From assembly GCA_964600255.1 (NCBI GenBank), contig CAZRIX010000001.1:43948-107947 (forward strand): a stretch of 64,000 bases of DNA. The letters run 5' to 3'. Position numbers and translations under genes: made by a program. Shown one piece after another: positions 49,415 through 58,236 of the stretch (the stretch's first letter is position 1; each line of letters begins with the position of its first letter). This DNA comes from an uncultured Candidatus Saccharibacteria bacterium. Lineage in GTDB: Bacteria; Patescibacteriota; Minisyncoccia; Phycocordibacterales; PALSA-1337. The notes below the pieces were generated by a model. It was not told where the DNA came from and searched no databases. It was given only the letters and a program-made list of their open reading frames with translations.

Positions 49415-49446
49415 TTGGCGCTGATCGCCTCGAACTGAGTCGAGGG

Positions 49447-50418
49447 TCAGGGCATGAGCCGGAAGAATTGGGCGTCGGCGATTCCACTGACGGCAATCGT
49501 CTGACCCGCCACAATGTTGGTACCGGAAGTCCAGGGTCCGGTAAGTGTTGGGGCCACCTGCACCACATAGGTTCCGGCGTTGCCGTTGGTCTCGGCCCCC
49601 AGGTGCACAACACCATCCATGTTGTGGATGAAGAGGCGCGGGGTGGGAGGGATGAGAGACAACGTAAGCACCTTGGATGATGCTCCGGCAGTAGCCGTAA
49701 ACGTGATGGCAAAGTCGCCCACCACGTATGACATGACATTCTGGACCTCATTCTGATTCGAGACCTGGTAGGATTTGAAACCAACCACCACAACGAGCTC
49801 AGCAACCATCTGGGAAGAACTTCCCGTAGTCACCGTGCCACCATCTGCCCTCCAACCAGGCGACAGATCCGTATAGGAGTTGGACAGAAACGTGACGTCT
49901 TGTCCGAGGCTGTTGTTTCCTCCATCCTGACTCCGCAAAGCTGCGGAGACCATGGACAGACTGACATCGTTTGCGCCAGTCTTGCTCTTGGCTCGGACAA
50001 GGACCCACACAGTCTTACCATTCGCACCTGCGAACGAACCGGAAGGATTGAATCCAGCCCAATATGTCACTCCCGAGGGAGTGGTCATGATGCTGTCCCA
50101 CCTAATATGGTTAATCAGGCGGGGATCCGTCAGGTTGGTCGGAGATCCCATCGGCAATGTGCCAGTGGCTCGAACCACCGAAATGGCCTTCGCGACCAAT
50201 CCAGCGAAGGCGGGATTGAACCTCGGTGACCCTTCGAAGGGCACCAGGGTGATGTCGACCTGGGTGGTGGTATCCGCCGCAGGAGCGGCACCGCGAATTG
50301 CGATGCCTTCTGCAGTAGTATCACCATTGTCGACCACCACCGGCGGGGTCGATGCAGCGCTGACTCCGAAGACCATCGCGAAAGCGACGGCCAACAGGGA
50401 CATGATTTTCTTGTACAT
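49447..50418 (-). CDS. Hypothetical secreted protein encoded in a high-GC (~55%) island
   Basis: Signal peptide MYKKIMSLLAVAFAMVFGVSAAS. Gly/Thr/Ser-rich beta-type composition. No recognisable catalytic motif. Confidence 0.5.
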   Translation of the reverse strand: MYKKIMSLLAVAFAMVFGVSAASTPPVVVDNGDTTAEGIAIRGAAPAADTTTQVDITLVPFEGSPRFNPAFAGLVAKAISVVRATGTLPMGSPTNLTDPRLINHIRWDSIMTTPSGVTYWAGFNPSGSFAGANGKTVWVLVRAKSKTGANDVSLSMVSAALRSQDGGNNSLGQDVTFLSNSYTDLSPGWRADGGTVTTGSSSQMVAELVVVVGFKSYQVSNQNEVQNVMSYVVGDFAITFTATAGASSKVLTLSLIPPTPRLFIHNMDGVVHLGAETNGNAGTYVVQVAPTLTGPWTSGTNIVAGQTIAVSGIADAQFFRLMP

Positions 50419-50617
50419 AGGTTATCCTTAATCAGCTCAAATCATCAGGAAACGACTATAGACATCTGTTGTAAAACCGTTACAACATTTGTTTTTAAGT
50501 CTCTGACCGACAGGCCAATTCATCCTTAATTCAAAGAGCTAGTTGCAAGCAACCTATCATAGTTTGATATAATTGTCAATATGCTTCCCTACCTAATATT
50601 GATGCTATAATATTTGC

Positions 50618-51295
50618 ATGATTTTTCTTTATGCTCTTCTTGCAGGTGTACTTCCAGCACTACTTTGGCTTTGGTTTTGGCTACGTGAAGATAACTTGCA
50701 TCCAGAGCCTAGAGCACTAGTTGCTATTTCCTTTTTGATGGGTATTTTTTCAGTTGTAGTTGCAATAGGTCTTGAAAAAATTGTATTTGACATCACAAGT
50801 GACCAGACTTACAGATACATGGCCTGGGCTGCGATTGAGGAGATATGCAAATTCCTAGCAATCGCTTTTATTTTATTTAACTCAAAGTACATGGATGAAC
50901 CAGTTGATGCAATGATCTATTGTATAACAGTAGCATTGGGTTTTGCTGCGCTAGAGAATACACTTTTCATTCTTTCCCCACTTCACGAAGGTGAATTTGC
51001 AAAAGGAATAATTACAGGAAATATGAGATTCATTGGTGCGACACTTGTTCACACAGTTTGCTCAGCTATTATAGGATTTTTTGTCGGTATAGCTTATTAC
51101 AAGGACTTTTTTACAAAAAGTATATCAGTAATTTTTGGAGTTATCCTCGCTATTGTATTGCATGCTGGCTTTAATTTGTCTATAATTAATGAAACGGTAA
51201 CGAATACACTGAAAGTTTTTAGTTGGGTGTGGTTGGCAGTAATTATTACGCTCATCCTTTTTGAAGAAATTAAAGGAGTTCGGGCAAAGAATTAA
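50618..51295 (+). CDS. PrsW-family intramembrane metalloprotease
   Basis: Polytopic protein with AAIEEICKF (EExxK), FAALEN and HAGFN motifs. Confidence 0.6.
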   Translation: MIFLYALLAGVLPALLWLWFWLREDNLHPEPRALVAISFLMGIFSVVVAIGLEKIVFDITSDQTYRYMAWAAIEEICKFLAIAFILFNSKYMDEPVDAMIYCITVALGFAALENTLFILSPLHEGEFAKGIITGNMRFIGATLVHTVCSAIIGFFVGIAYYKDFFTKSISVIFGVILAIVLHAGFNLSIINETVTNTLKVFSWVWLAVIITLILFEEIKGVRAKN

Positions 51296-51312
51296 TTTAT
51301 TAAAATTGTAAT

Positions 51313-51795
51313 TTGAAATTCAGCAAAATCATGGCAAAAGAAAAAAAATCATTTTTTGAAAGAATCACAGGAACAGTCCGAATGGATGATGACAGTGATG
51401 ATCTACTTGAAGAAGAGCAAGAAAGCACAAAGACTATTTCTGCATGGGAAGATGAGGATGAAAAAGAAGGTGAACTAACTGTAGATGTATACCAAACATC
51501 AGACACTATAGTTATAAAGGCCATGATTGCTGGAGTTCGACCTGAAGATCTCGACATTTCTATCACTCGAGATATGGTGACTATTAAAGGAAAGAGAGAG
51601 GAGGAAAAAGTAGCGCGCGAAGATGACTATTTTATGCGCGAACTATATTGGGGTACGTTTTCAAGAACCATTTCCCTACCAGAGGAAATCGATGTGGACG
51701 AATCAGAAGCTATAGAGAAGCACGGGCTATTGATACTTAAGCTTCCTAAGCTCGACAAGAAGAGACAATCAAAATTGAAGGTAAAGATGCTTTAG
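51313..51795 (+). CDS. Small heat-shock protein (Hsp20/alpha-crystallin family)
   Basis: Alpha-crystallin domain GELTVDVYQTSDTIVIKAMIAGVRPEDLDISI...GLLILKLPK. Confidence 0.8.
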   Translation: MKFSKIMAKEKKSFFERITGTVRMDDDSDDLLEEEQESTKTISAWEDEDEKEGELTVDVYQTSDTIVIKAMIAGVRPEDLDISITRDMVTIKGKREEEKVAREDDYFMRELYWGTFSRTISLPEEIDVDESEAIEKHGLLILKLPKLDKKRQSKLKVKML

Positions 51796-51950
51796 AAAAA
51801 GCCTGGCGACATCTACACTGATTAAAATATACACTATTGACATTTATTGGAAATAGTGTATATTTTAATTCTGTTTGGCAATAAAATACCGTGTGATCGA
51901 TTGCCACACAGGGATCCGAACGCTTCCGCGTCTCGGGTCTTCTTTATTTG

Positions 51951-52023
51951 TGCCAAGGACCAGGATCGAACTGGTGACCCTTCCCTCTTCAGGGGAATGC
52001 TCTACCAACTGAGCTACCTTGGC
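51951..52023 (-). tRNA. tRNA-Phe (GAA)
   Basis: 73-nt cloverleaf GCCAAGGTAGCTCAGTTGGTAGAGC-ATTCCCCTGAAGAGGGAA-...GGTTCGATCC. Anticodon loop CUGAAGA. CCA not encoded. Confidence 0.8.
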
Positions 52024-52127
52024 GTTGGTATATCTAACTATAATATAACTTAAGTTGTTTTGGAATGTATACCTACCAAGACAGCTACTTGGCTTGGTAT
52101 TAAAACTACTATATTATATTTTCAAAC

Positions 52128-52394
52128 CTACTTCAATAAATCCTGTAGCAGTTGAAAACTTTCTTGTGGGTTCATTGTTGAATCTTTTGATCCACTAACT
52201 GTACTGCTCAAGAAATTTATATAAGGCTGTATGAAATATATTGCACCAAAAGATATACTGATTATTACTAACCAATATATAACACGCATTACCATTGAGA
52301 TTCTATTGGATAGACGAATAGACTTAAGAATTTCGTTATTCTCCTCGCATAACCTATACGTTCTCTCTAGCAAAGACCTTTCTTCTGGATTCAT
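52128..52394 (-). CDS. Small hypothetical membrane protein
   Basis: 88-aa ORF with one TM helix (VIYWLVIISISFGAIYFI). Confidence 0.3.
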   Translation of the reverse strand: MNPEERSLLERTYRLCEENNEILKSIRLSNRISMVMRVIYWLVIISISFGAIYFIQPYINFLSSTVSGSKDSTMNPQESFQLLQDLLK

Positions 52395-52443
52395 AAATAT
52401 GAGTATAGCAGATTTTATTAAAAAAACCAGAATTCAATCAGGA

Positions 52444-53085
52444 TTAATTATTGTCAGTGTTAATCACAAGGTCCGCTCTCTTTTCCGGATTATATTTTCC
52501 GATATAACGTTTTAGGGCGATTATTACTTGTCCAAAATATGAATCAGGGTGATCTTCTGAAAAATAATCCTTACCCCACATATTCTTTTCCCTTTCTACC
52601 CTTCTTTTATCAACTTCATCAATATTACCTGTAATGTAAATTCTCTTGTCCCAAAGATCATTCAAGAGCTCTGGGTGAAACATAAATGCACCCTCAATCA
52701 CAAGAATGCTTTTTGATAGGTCAAAAGTCTTTTCGACATCAATGTTTCCGGAAACTGGATTAAATATCTGTGTTCTATACAACGGTTCACCAGACCTATA
52801 CTTTTTTATAATATCTTCAATTTTATTACAATCTATATTTCTTAATTCAAATACGACAGATTTATCATTATTGTTTTTGAGTAAGTTTTCCAGGTTAGCC
52901 TTTGAGATCAAAAAATCATCCTGGTGAATAACCAGAACATCAGAATTAATTTTATCCAGTTCATTTGATATAGTAGTCTTACCAACGCCCGTATAACCAT
53001 CAATAGCTACAACCAGTTTTGGCTTATCTTTATACCAAGATTGGATGCTTTTATTTATCTCAGTTGCTAATTTAGAGATCGACAT
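52444..53085 (-). CDS. P-loop nucleoside kinase, uridine-kinase/phosphoribulokinase-family-like
   Basis: Walker A IDGYTGVGKTTIS. Asp-rich HQDDF. C-terminal ADLVIN as in Udk. Confidence 0.45.
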   Translation of the reverse strand: MSISKLATEINKSIQSWYKDKPKLVVAIDGYTGVGKTTISNELDKINSDVLVIHQDDFLISKANLENLLKNNNDKSVVFELRNIDCNKIEDIIKKYRSGEPLYRTQIFNPVSGNIDVEKTFDLSKSILVIEGAFMFHPELLNDLWDKRIYITGNIDEVDKRRVEREKNMWGKDYFSEDHPDSYFGQVIIALKRYIGKYNPEKRADLVINTDNN

Positions 53086-53096
53086 TTTATTATTAC

Positions 53097-53765
53097 CTAT
53101 TTTACCTTAATTCCTAATAATTGAACTATCTGGGCTGTCTGTGAAAAATCAATTGTAATATTTCTCATCTGTTCTGCCCCCATTTTAATACCATCAATCT
53201 GAGAACTGCTTAGATCAACACCCTTAATATTCGAGTTAGAAAAATCAACGTTACTCATCTTACAATTTATAAAATAAACATTATTTAACTCTGCACCTTG
53301 AAAATCTGAATCATTAAGACTACATCCATCAAATATCACATCTTCAATTATAGAAAAACGAAAGAGCGCGAGGTCGGCCTTACTATTCGTAAACGTCACA
53401 TATCTAAGTGAGGCACTTACCAGCTTTAAACCAGTAAGGCGGCAACTCTTAAATTCGACCCTACTGAAGCTAGCTTGCTCGAAATAAGTATTTAGCAGAT
53501 TAACTGCGTCAAACTGGACATCGGTTAATTTTATTGATTTCAGTTTTGAGCGACTGATTTCAACGTGATTAATTATTGAGTTCTCTATCGATAGATCAGA
53601 AGCTTCAACTAGACTTAAATCCAAATCAGATAATTTAATCTTTTCAAAATTAAAATCATCTACAAATTGTTCTCTGGACAACACAACCACATCCAAACCT
53701 TTAGGTATAATTGGTTTTAATATTGAACGGACTTTTTCAGGTTTTTGTTTTAAGGCTTGAATCAT
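53097..53765 (-). CDS. Pentapeptide-repeat protein
   Basis: Tandem A(D/N)LxF-type pentapeptides through the C-terminal half (FQGAELNNVYFINCKMSNVDFSNSNIKGVDLS). Confidence 0.7.
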   Translation of the reverse strand: MIQALKQKPEKVRSILKPIIPKGLDVVVLSREQFVDDFNFEKIKLSDLDLSLVEASDLSIENSIINHVEISRSKLKSIKLTDVQFDAVNLLNTYFEQASFSRVEFKSCRLTGLKLVSASLRYVTFTNSKADLALFRFSIIEDVIFDGCSLNDSDFQGAELNNVYFINCKMSNVDFSNSNIKGVDLSSSQIDGIKMGAEQMRNITIDFSQTAQIVQLLGIKVK

Positions 53766-53767
53766 TG

Positions 53768-53839
53768 TGCCCTCGGCAGGAATCGAACCTACATCTACTC
53801 CTTAGGACGGAACTGTTCTATCCATTGAACTACGAGGGC
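53768..53839 (-). tRNA. tRNA-Arg (CCU)
   Basis: 72-nt cloverleaf. D- and T-arms nearly identical to E. coli tRNA-Arg(CCU). Anticodon loop GUCCUAA. Confidence 0.75.
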
Positions 53840-53860
53840 AGTACAATGAATATACCACAA

Positions 53861-54097
53861 TTACTTAACTCCTAAAACCTCAGCCAAATGAGCCTCATCA
53901 AAGCCGACTGTAATATCGCCTTCAATATCGATAACTGGAACTCCTAGTTGTCCACTCTTGTCTACCATAACCTTTCTTTGCTCTAGATCTGAAGCTACAT
54001 TGTGTTCAGTATAGTTTACTCCGTGTGCCTTGAAATAATCCTTTGCTAATCCACAATAATGACAAGTTGGTGTTGAATATATAATTACATTTTTCAT
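53861..54097 (-). CDS. Glutaredoxin-like protein (NrdH-type redoxin)
   Basis: IIYSTPTCHYCGLAKDYF CxxC thioredoxin fold. 78 aa. Lies near nrdAB. Confidence 0.7.
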   Translation of the reverse strand: MKNVIIYSTPTCHYCGLAKDYFKAHGVNYTEHNVASDLEQRKVMVDKSGQLGVPVIDIEGDITVGFDEAHLAEVLGVK

Positions 54098-54114
54098 ATG
54101 AATATTCTATCAAA

Positions 54115-54492
54115 TTATCTAAACCAATGGAATACTTTAAAAAGTAAACTTTCTGTGGTAGAACCAGTAGTCGGTACTGATGTCGCTATTGGATCGACGA
54201 TGACTGCGATCTTCTCCCCATCTTTTATGGCACGGAACTTCGTGCGTATCTCATCCTCCACACCCTGATCTGTTTTTAAATAGTCTATAGATTCAGACAA
54301 CTTTTGCTGTCTCAAAGATAGCTTTGCTAATTCCAATTTTTCTCTTTCCAAATTTGCCTTACTGATCCGTGCTTTGCTGTACACACCCCATACACCACTA
54401 ATTAGAATGACGAGCAACAATGACATTATCACCAGCACGACGGGTGAATACATGATCTTTTTTAAATTTCTTTTTCTTTGGAAATCAAGCAT
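54115..54492 (-). CDS. FtsB/DivIC-like septum-formation protein
   Basis: N-terminal TM. Coiled coil (LEREKLELAKLSLRQQKL). Conserved C-terminal beta region. Confidence 0.4.
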   Translation of the reverse strand: MLDFQRKRNLKKIMYSPVVLVIMSLLLVILISGVWGVYSKARISKANLEREKLELAKLSLRQQKLSESIDYLKTDQGVEDEIRTKFRAIKDGEKIAVIVDPIATSVPTTGSTTESLLFKVFHWFR

Positions 54493-54675
54493 TGTATAAG
54501 TTGAAAAGTTTCAATATATAGTATACTATATTGCTCATATGTTATTCCACCAAAACACAAAAAAGGCCTTGCGAGTCGTTATGATTGTTGTAGGTATACT
54601 TATAATAATAAGTATGGTTATAAGTGTATTACCTAACTTAATGTAGTTTTATTCGACGTATATTCTAGGTATACA

Positions 54676-56481
54676 CTAGTCCGAGCGCATCATTTTTATA
54701 AATACTTCCTGAGGGATTGTAACGTTTCCTCTACCTAGTTCCTTCATTTTCTTTTTACCTTCTTTCTGCTTTTCCCATAGTTTCATTTTTCTTGTTCTAT
54801 CACCTCCGTACATATGCTGTGTAACGTTTTTCTGCATGCCTGCTAGGGTCTCTGAGGCTATTATTCTTCCCTGCGCTTTACCCTGAATCTTAACTGTGAA
54901 CATTTGTCTTGGTAGAACTTTATGCAACTTCTCAACCGAAGCCTTTGCTTCTTCTTCCAAACGACGTCTTGATACGACCCTAGTGAATGCAATAACAGGT
55001 TCATCAGCTACAAGCAAATCTAGACGAGCAACGTCTGCTTCGCGCATATCGGTAATCTCATATGAAATGGACGCATAACCTGAGGATACACTCTTGATCT
55101 CATCGAAGAAATTCCTCATCAATTCGCGTAATGGCATAATTAATGTTATTGAATTTCGATTTTCTCCAAAGTTATCTGTCGAAGTTACTTCCCCTTCATG
55201 ATTGAAGACACTTTGCATTATAGGACCTAGATAGTCTGGCGGAGTGATTATTTTCATCTTAACCAAAGGTTCATAGACTTTTTTAACCTCATGATCATCT
55301 GGGAAAAGTGCTGGTGAATACACTACCACTGTTTTGCCATTCTTAAGCTCAACGTTATAGGTAATACTTGGAATTGTAACTACTAGGTTTAAATTAAATT
55401 CACGACGCAAACGTTCGGTAATAATCTCAAGATGTAGCATTCCTAGGAAACCACATCGGAATCCTCTACCCAAAGTTCCTGAAGATTCTTCTTCGTGAGT
55501 AAATGATGAATCAGATAGTCTCAAACGACCAAGTGCCATTCTAAGAGAGTTGAAATCATCCTGACTCTCAGGATATACCGAAGCCCATACCACAGGACGA
55601 GGTGTCATGTAGCCATGAAGTGGTGAAGTTAGATCTTTGATTGAGGCAACCGTGTCTCCTACAGATGCGATTCCGGGTTGTTTGATACCAGTCACTATAT
55701 AGCCAATCTCACCAACACTGAGTGACTCAGTTGGAGTATCATCGGGAGCAAAGATTCCAACTTCTAGAGCTTGGAACTTCTCATCTGAAATTTTGAAAAG
55801 GAGTTGATCATGTCTTTTGACTGATCCATTCATTACGCGAATATACACGATAACACCTTTATGATTTGAATATTGAAAATCGAAAACAAGTGAGCGAAAT
55901 TCATTGGTTGCATTGTCTTCTGGAATCTTTGGGGCTGGAATGCGCTTTACAATCTCGTCTAGCAGATTGGTTACGCCCTCACCCGTCTTACCAGAAACCT
56001 TTAGAATCTCGCTTTCATCACAACCTATTAGCTCACAGACTTCTTGAGTCACCTCAGGGATACGCGCTAGAGGTGAGTCTATTTTTGAAATAACTGGAAT
56101 GATTTTTAGACCAGTTTCTTGAGCCATATGCAAAGTAGTAAGAGTCTGCGCTTGAACTCCCTGAGTCGCATCTACAAGTAGAATAGAGCCTTCCACAGCC
56201 TTTAGAGCACGTGACACTTCGTATGAGAAGTCGATGTGTCCTGGAGTATCGATTAGGTTCAAAATATAGTCCTGTCCTGCAGACTTAAACTTCATTCTAA
56301 CTGGCTGCATTTTGATTGTTATACCTCTCTCACGTTCAAGTTCCATACTATCAAGAACTTGCTCCTGCATTTTTCTTTTTTCTATAGTATTTGTAAGCTC
56401 AAGCATACGGTCAGCCAAGGTGGACTTACCGTGATCGATATGAGCTATTATGGAAAAGTTACGAATATTCTTTGGATTCAT
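54676..56481 (-). CDS. lepA: Elongation factor 4
   Basis: NIRNFSIIAHIDHGKSTL G1. DTPGH G3. 601 aa with LepA-specific C-terminal domain. Confidence 0.9.
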   Translation of the reverse strand: MNPKNIRNFSIIAHIDHGKSTLADRMLELTNTIEKRKMQEQVLDSMELERERGITIKMQPVRMKFKSAGQDYILNLIDTPGHIDFSYEVSRALKAVEGSILLVDATQGVQAQTLTTLHMAQETGLKIIPVISKIDSPLARIPEVTQEVCELIGCDESEILKVSGKTGEGVTNLLDEIVKRIPAPKIPEDNATNEFRSLVFDFQYSNHKGVIVYIRVMNGSVKRHDQLLFKISDEKFQALEVGIFAPDDTPTESLSVGEIGYIVTGIKQPGIASVGDTVASIKDLTSPLHGYMTPRPVVWASVYPESQDDFNSLRMALGRLRLSDSSFTHEEESSGTLGRGFRCGFLGMLHLEIITERLRREFNLNLVVTIPSITYNVELKNGKTVVVYSPALFPDDHEVKKVYEPLVKMKIITPPDYLGPIMQSVFNHEGEVTSTDNFGENRNSITLIMPLRELMRNFFDEIKSVSSGYASISYEITDMREADVARLDLLVADEPVIAFTRVVSRRRLEEEAKASVEKLHKVLPRQMFTVKIQGKAQGRIIASETLAGMQKNVTQHMYGGDRTRKMKLWEKQKEGKKKMKELGRGNVTIPQEVFIKMMRSD

Positions 56482-56533
56482 GTAGAACCTATACTATCAG
56501 AAACGTCAATAAAACTAAAGTTTTACGAAAAGA

Positions 56534-58213
56534 CTAGAGAGTTCCCTGGTCTGGAACAACAACGTTTGACTTCCAGAACTTGTGGTGCAGTGTCTGCCAA
56601 ACTTCCTGTATTTCCTTATTCTTTAGGATCAATAGCATCAAGATTAATACAATTATTCCCACAATTCCAGCCAAGAATCCCTGGAAAAACACGTTCCAAG
56701 CCTTTGTTAGTGGGAAGAATATATTAAAGAATCTCAGAGAAATAAAAGTAACATAACCCATGATTACCGATGCTGCGAAACTTTGGAACAATGTATTTAT
56801 AACTGGTTTTGTAAATCCTGGATAATCCTTTTCAAACATATGCCAATGTAAATATGTATTAAACATAACACCCAAACTGTATGCTAGAGCCAGCACAAGC
56901 ACACTAGTACCAGTCTGACCAGAAACTTTGAATAGATCCTCTAAGAAGAATCTGAACAGTGGGTAAAGGAAGAAGAGCTTTGTAAATATGTATCCCGATG
57001 CAACCATTATCGCTCCTGATACTATGTTTATAAATAGAGGCTTTCTTGTTTTACCTTCGGCATAATATGCGCGAACAAAAAGTAGTATTAGACTTTGTCC
57101 CATCACCGAGATTATAAAAATCGCTAGAACAGCAGCAGTAAGTCTAGTATCTGCCCAGTCGAACTTTCCCGCTCCATATATTGTTCTTACTATCTGTGCT
57201 CTCAATACAATAAACAGAATAGTAACGGGTATAGACCAGAATACGATATGCCTAGCTGAATCAATCATTTGACCCAAAAACTTCTGTCTATTTTTCTCTA
57301 CAAAAAATTTAGATAGTGTTGGAAAAACTGCAGAAGAATAGCTAACTCCTATTATTGATAACGGAACTGATTGTAGATTGAAAGCGAGGTTAAATACTGA
57401 TATTGAGCCTGCACTCATAAACGACGCTAGAGATATTAGAAAAAAAGATGCGAGCTGGTTTGAAGACAGAGTTAGTGTTCTAGGAAGAGAGATTACTGCC
57501 ACCTGTCTGATATCAGCCCAATTTATGTTAAAACTAAATCTTGGAAAAGTATCCTTGTGCATAATAAACGGTATCTGGATCGCCATATGCATAAATGCCC
57601 CAGCAACAACTCCAACTATTAGTCCGTTTAGACCTAGATATGGATAGATAAAAATAATTCCGACGATTATTCCTACGTTATATAGAATAGGACTAATAGC
57701 GTAGATCAGAAAACGTTTGTGCATCTGAGTAATACTTGAAAGAAAATTCGAGATTCCAAGAAATATTGGAGAGAGTAGCAATATTCTGGTAGCAAGAATA
57801 AGTTCGGGTAGTGACTTATCGTTCTTAAATCCCGGAACAAGTATTGTGATAATGTCTGGAATGAATATATAAACAATAATACTTACGAATATTATGATTA
57901 TAAAAAACGCTGAGAAAATACTATCAATAAACTTACGACCCTGATCAGGATCTTTGTTATATCTTTCAATGAAGAATGGTACTAGAACCGACGCAGAGGC
58001 TACTGAGGCTATAGATACGAATATCAAGTCCGGTATTCTAAAAGACAAATAGTATATATCTAGAGCATGATCGGCACCAAACTTGAATGCCAACATTTTG
58101 TCACGCACAAGAGCGAGTATTTGTGAGAAAAATGCAAATAGAGCAAGAAGATAGGCAGCCTCATGTAGGCCTTTTATCTCTTTTCCTACCATCTCGAAAA
58201 ACTTTTTTACCAT
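56534..58213 (-). CDS. murJ: Lipid II flippase MurJ (MviN)
   Basis: 14-TM MOP-superfamily protein with N-terminal SQILALVRDKMLAFKFGA...D.YY..FRIPD signature. Confidence 0.75.
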   Translation of the reverse strand: MVKKFFEMVGKEIKGLHEAAYLLALFAFFSQILALVRDKMLAFKFGADHALDIYYLSFRIPDLIFVSIASVASASVLVPFFIERYNKDPDQGRKFIDSIFSAFFIIIIFVSIIVYIFIPDIITILVPGFKNDKSLPELILATRILLLSPIFLGISNFLSSITQMHKRFLIYAISPILYNVGIIVGIIFIYPYLGLNGLIVGVVAGAFMHMAIQIPFIMHKDTFPRFSFNINWADIRQVAVISLPRTLTLSSNQLASFFLISLASFMSAGSISVFNLAFNLQSVPLSIIGVSYSSAVFPTLSKFFVEKNRQKFLGQMIDSARHIVFWSIPVTILFIVLRAQIVRTIYGAGKFDWADTRLTAAVLAIFIISVMGQSLILLFVRAYYAEGKTRKPLFINIVSGAIMVASGYIFTKLFFLYPLFRFFLEDLFKVSGQTGTSVLVLALAYSLGVMFNTYLHWHMFEKDYPGFTKPVINTLFQSFAASVIMGYVTFISLRFFNIFFPLTKAWNVFFQGFLAGIVGIIVLILMLLILKNKEIQEVWQTLHHKFWKSNVVVPDQGTL

Positions 58214-58236
58214 GTGATCTCAGAAAATATTAGGGA

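Noticed and set aside
49359-50431. Overlapping ORFs in multiple frames (49359..49805, 49952..50431 and others)
   Set aside because: Same high-GC artefact. Only the minus-strand 323-aa ORF has a signal peptide, a terminator and an upstream promoter region.
51880-51950. GGATCC-containing GC-rich stretch next to tRNA-Phe that looked like a tRNA fragment
   Set aside because: No cloverleaf could be folded. T-arm-like GTTCGGATCC has no matching stems. Treated as spacer.
51847-52053. 68-aa plus-strand ORF
   Set aside because: It overlaps tRNA-Phe on the opposite strand and has no coding signal.
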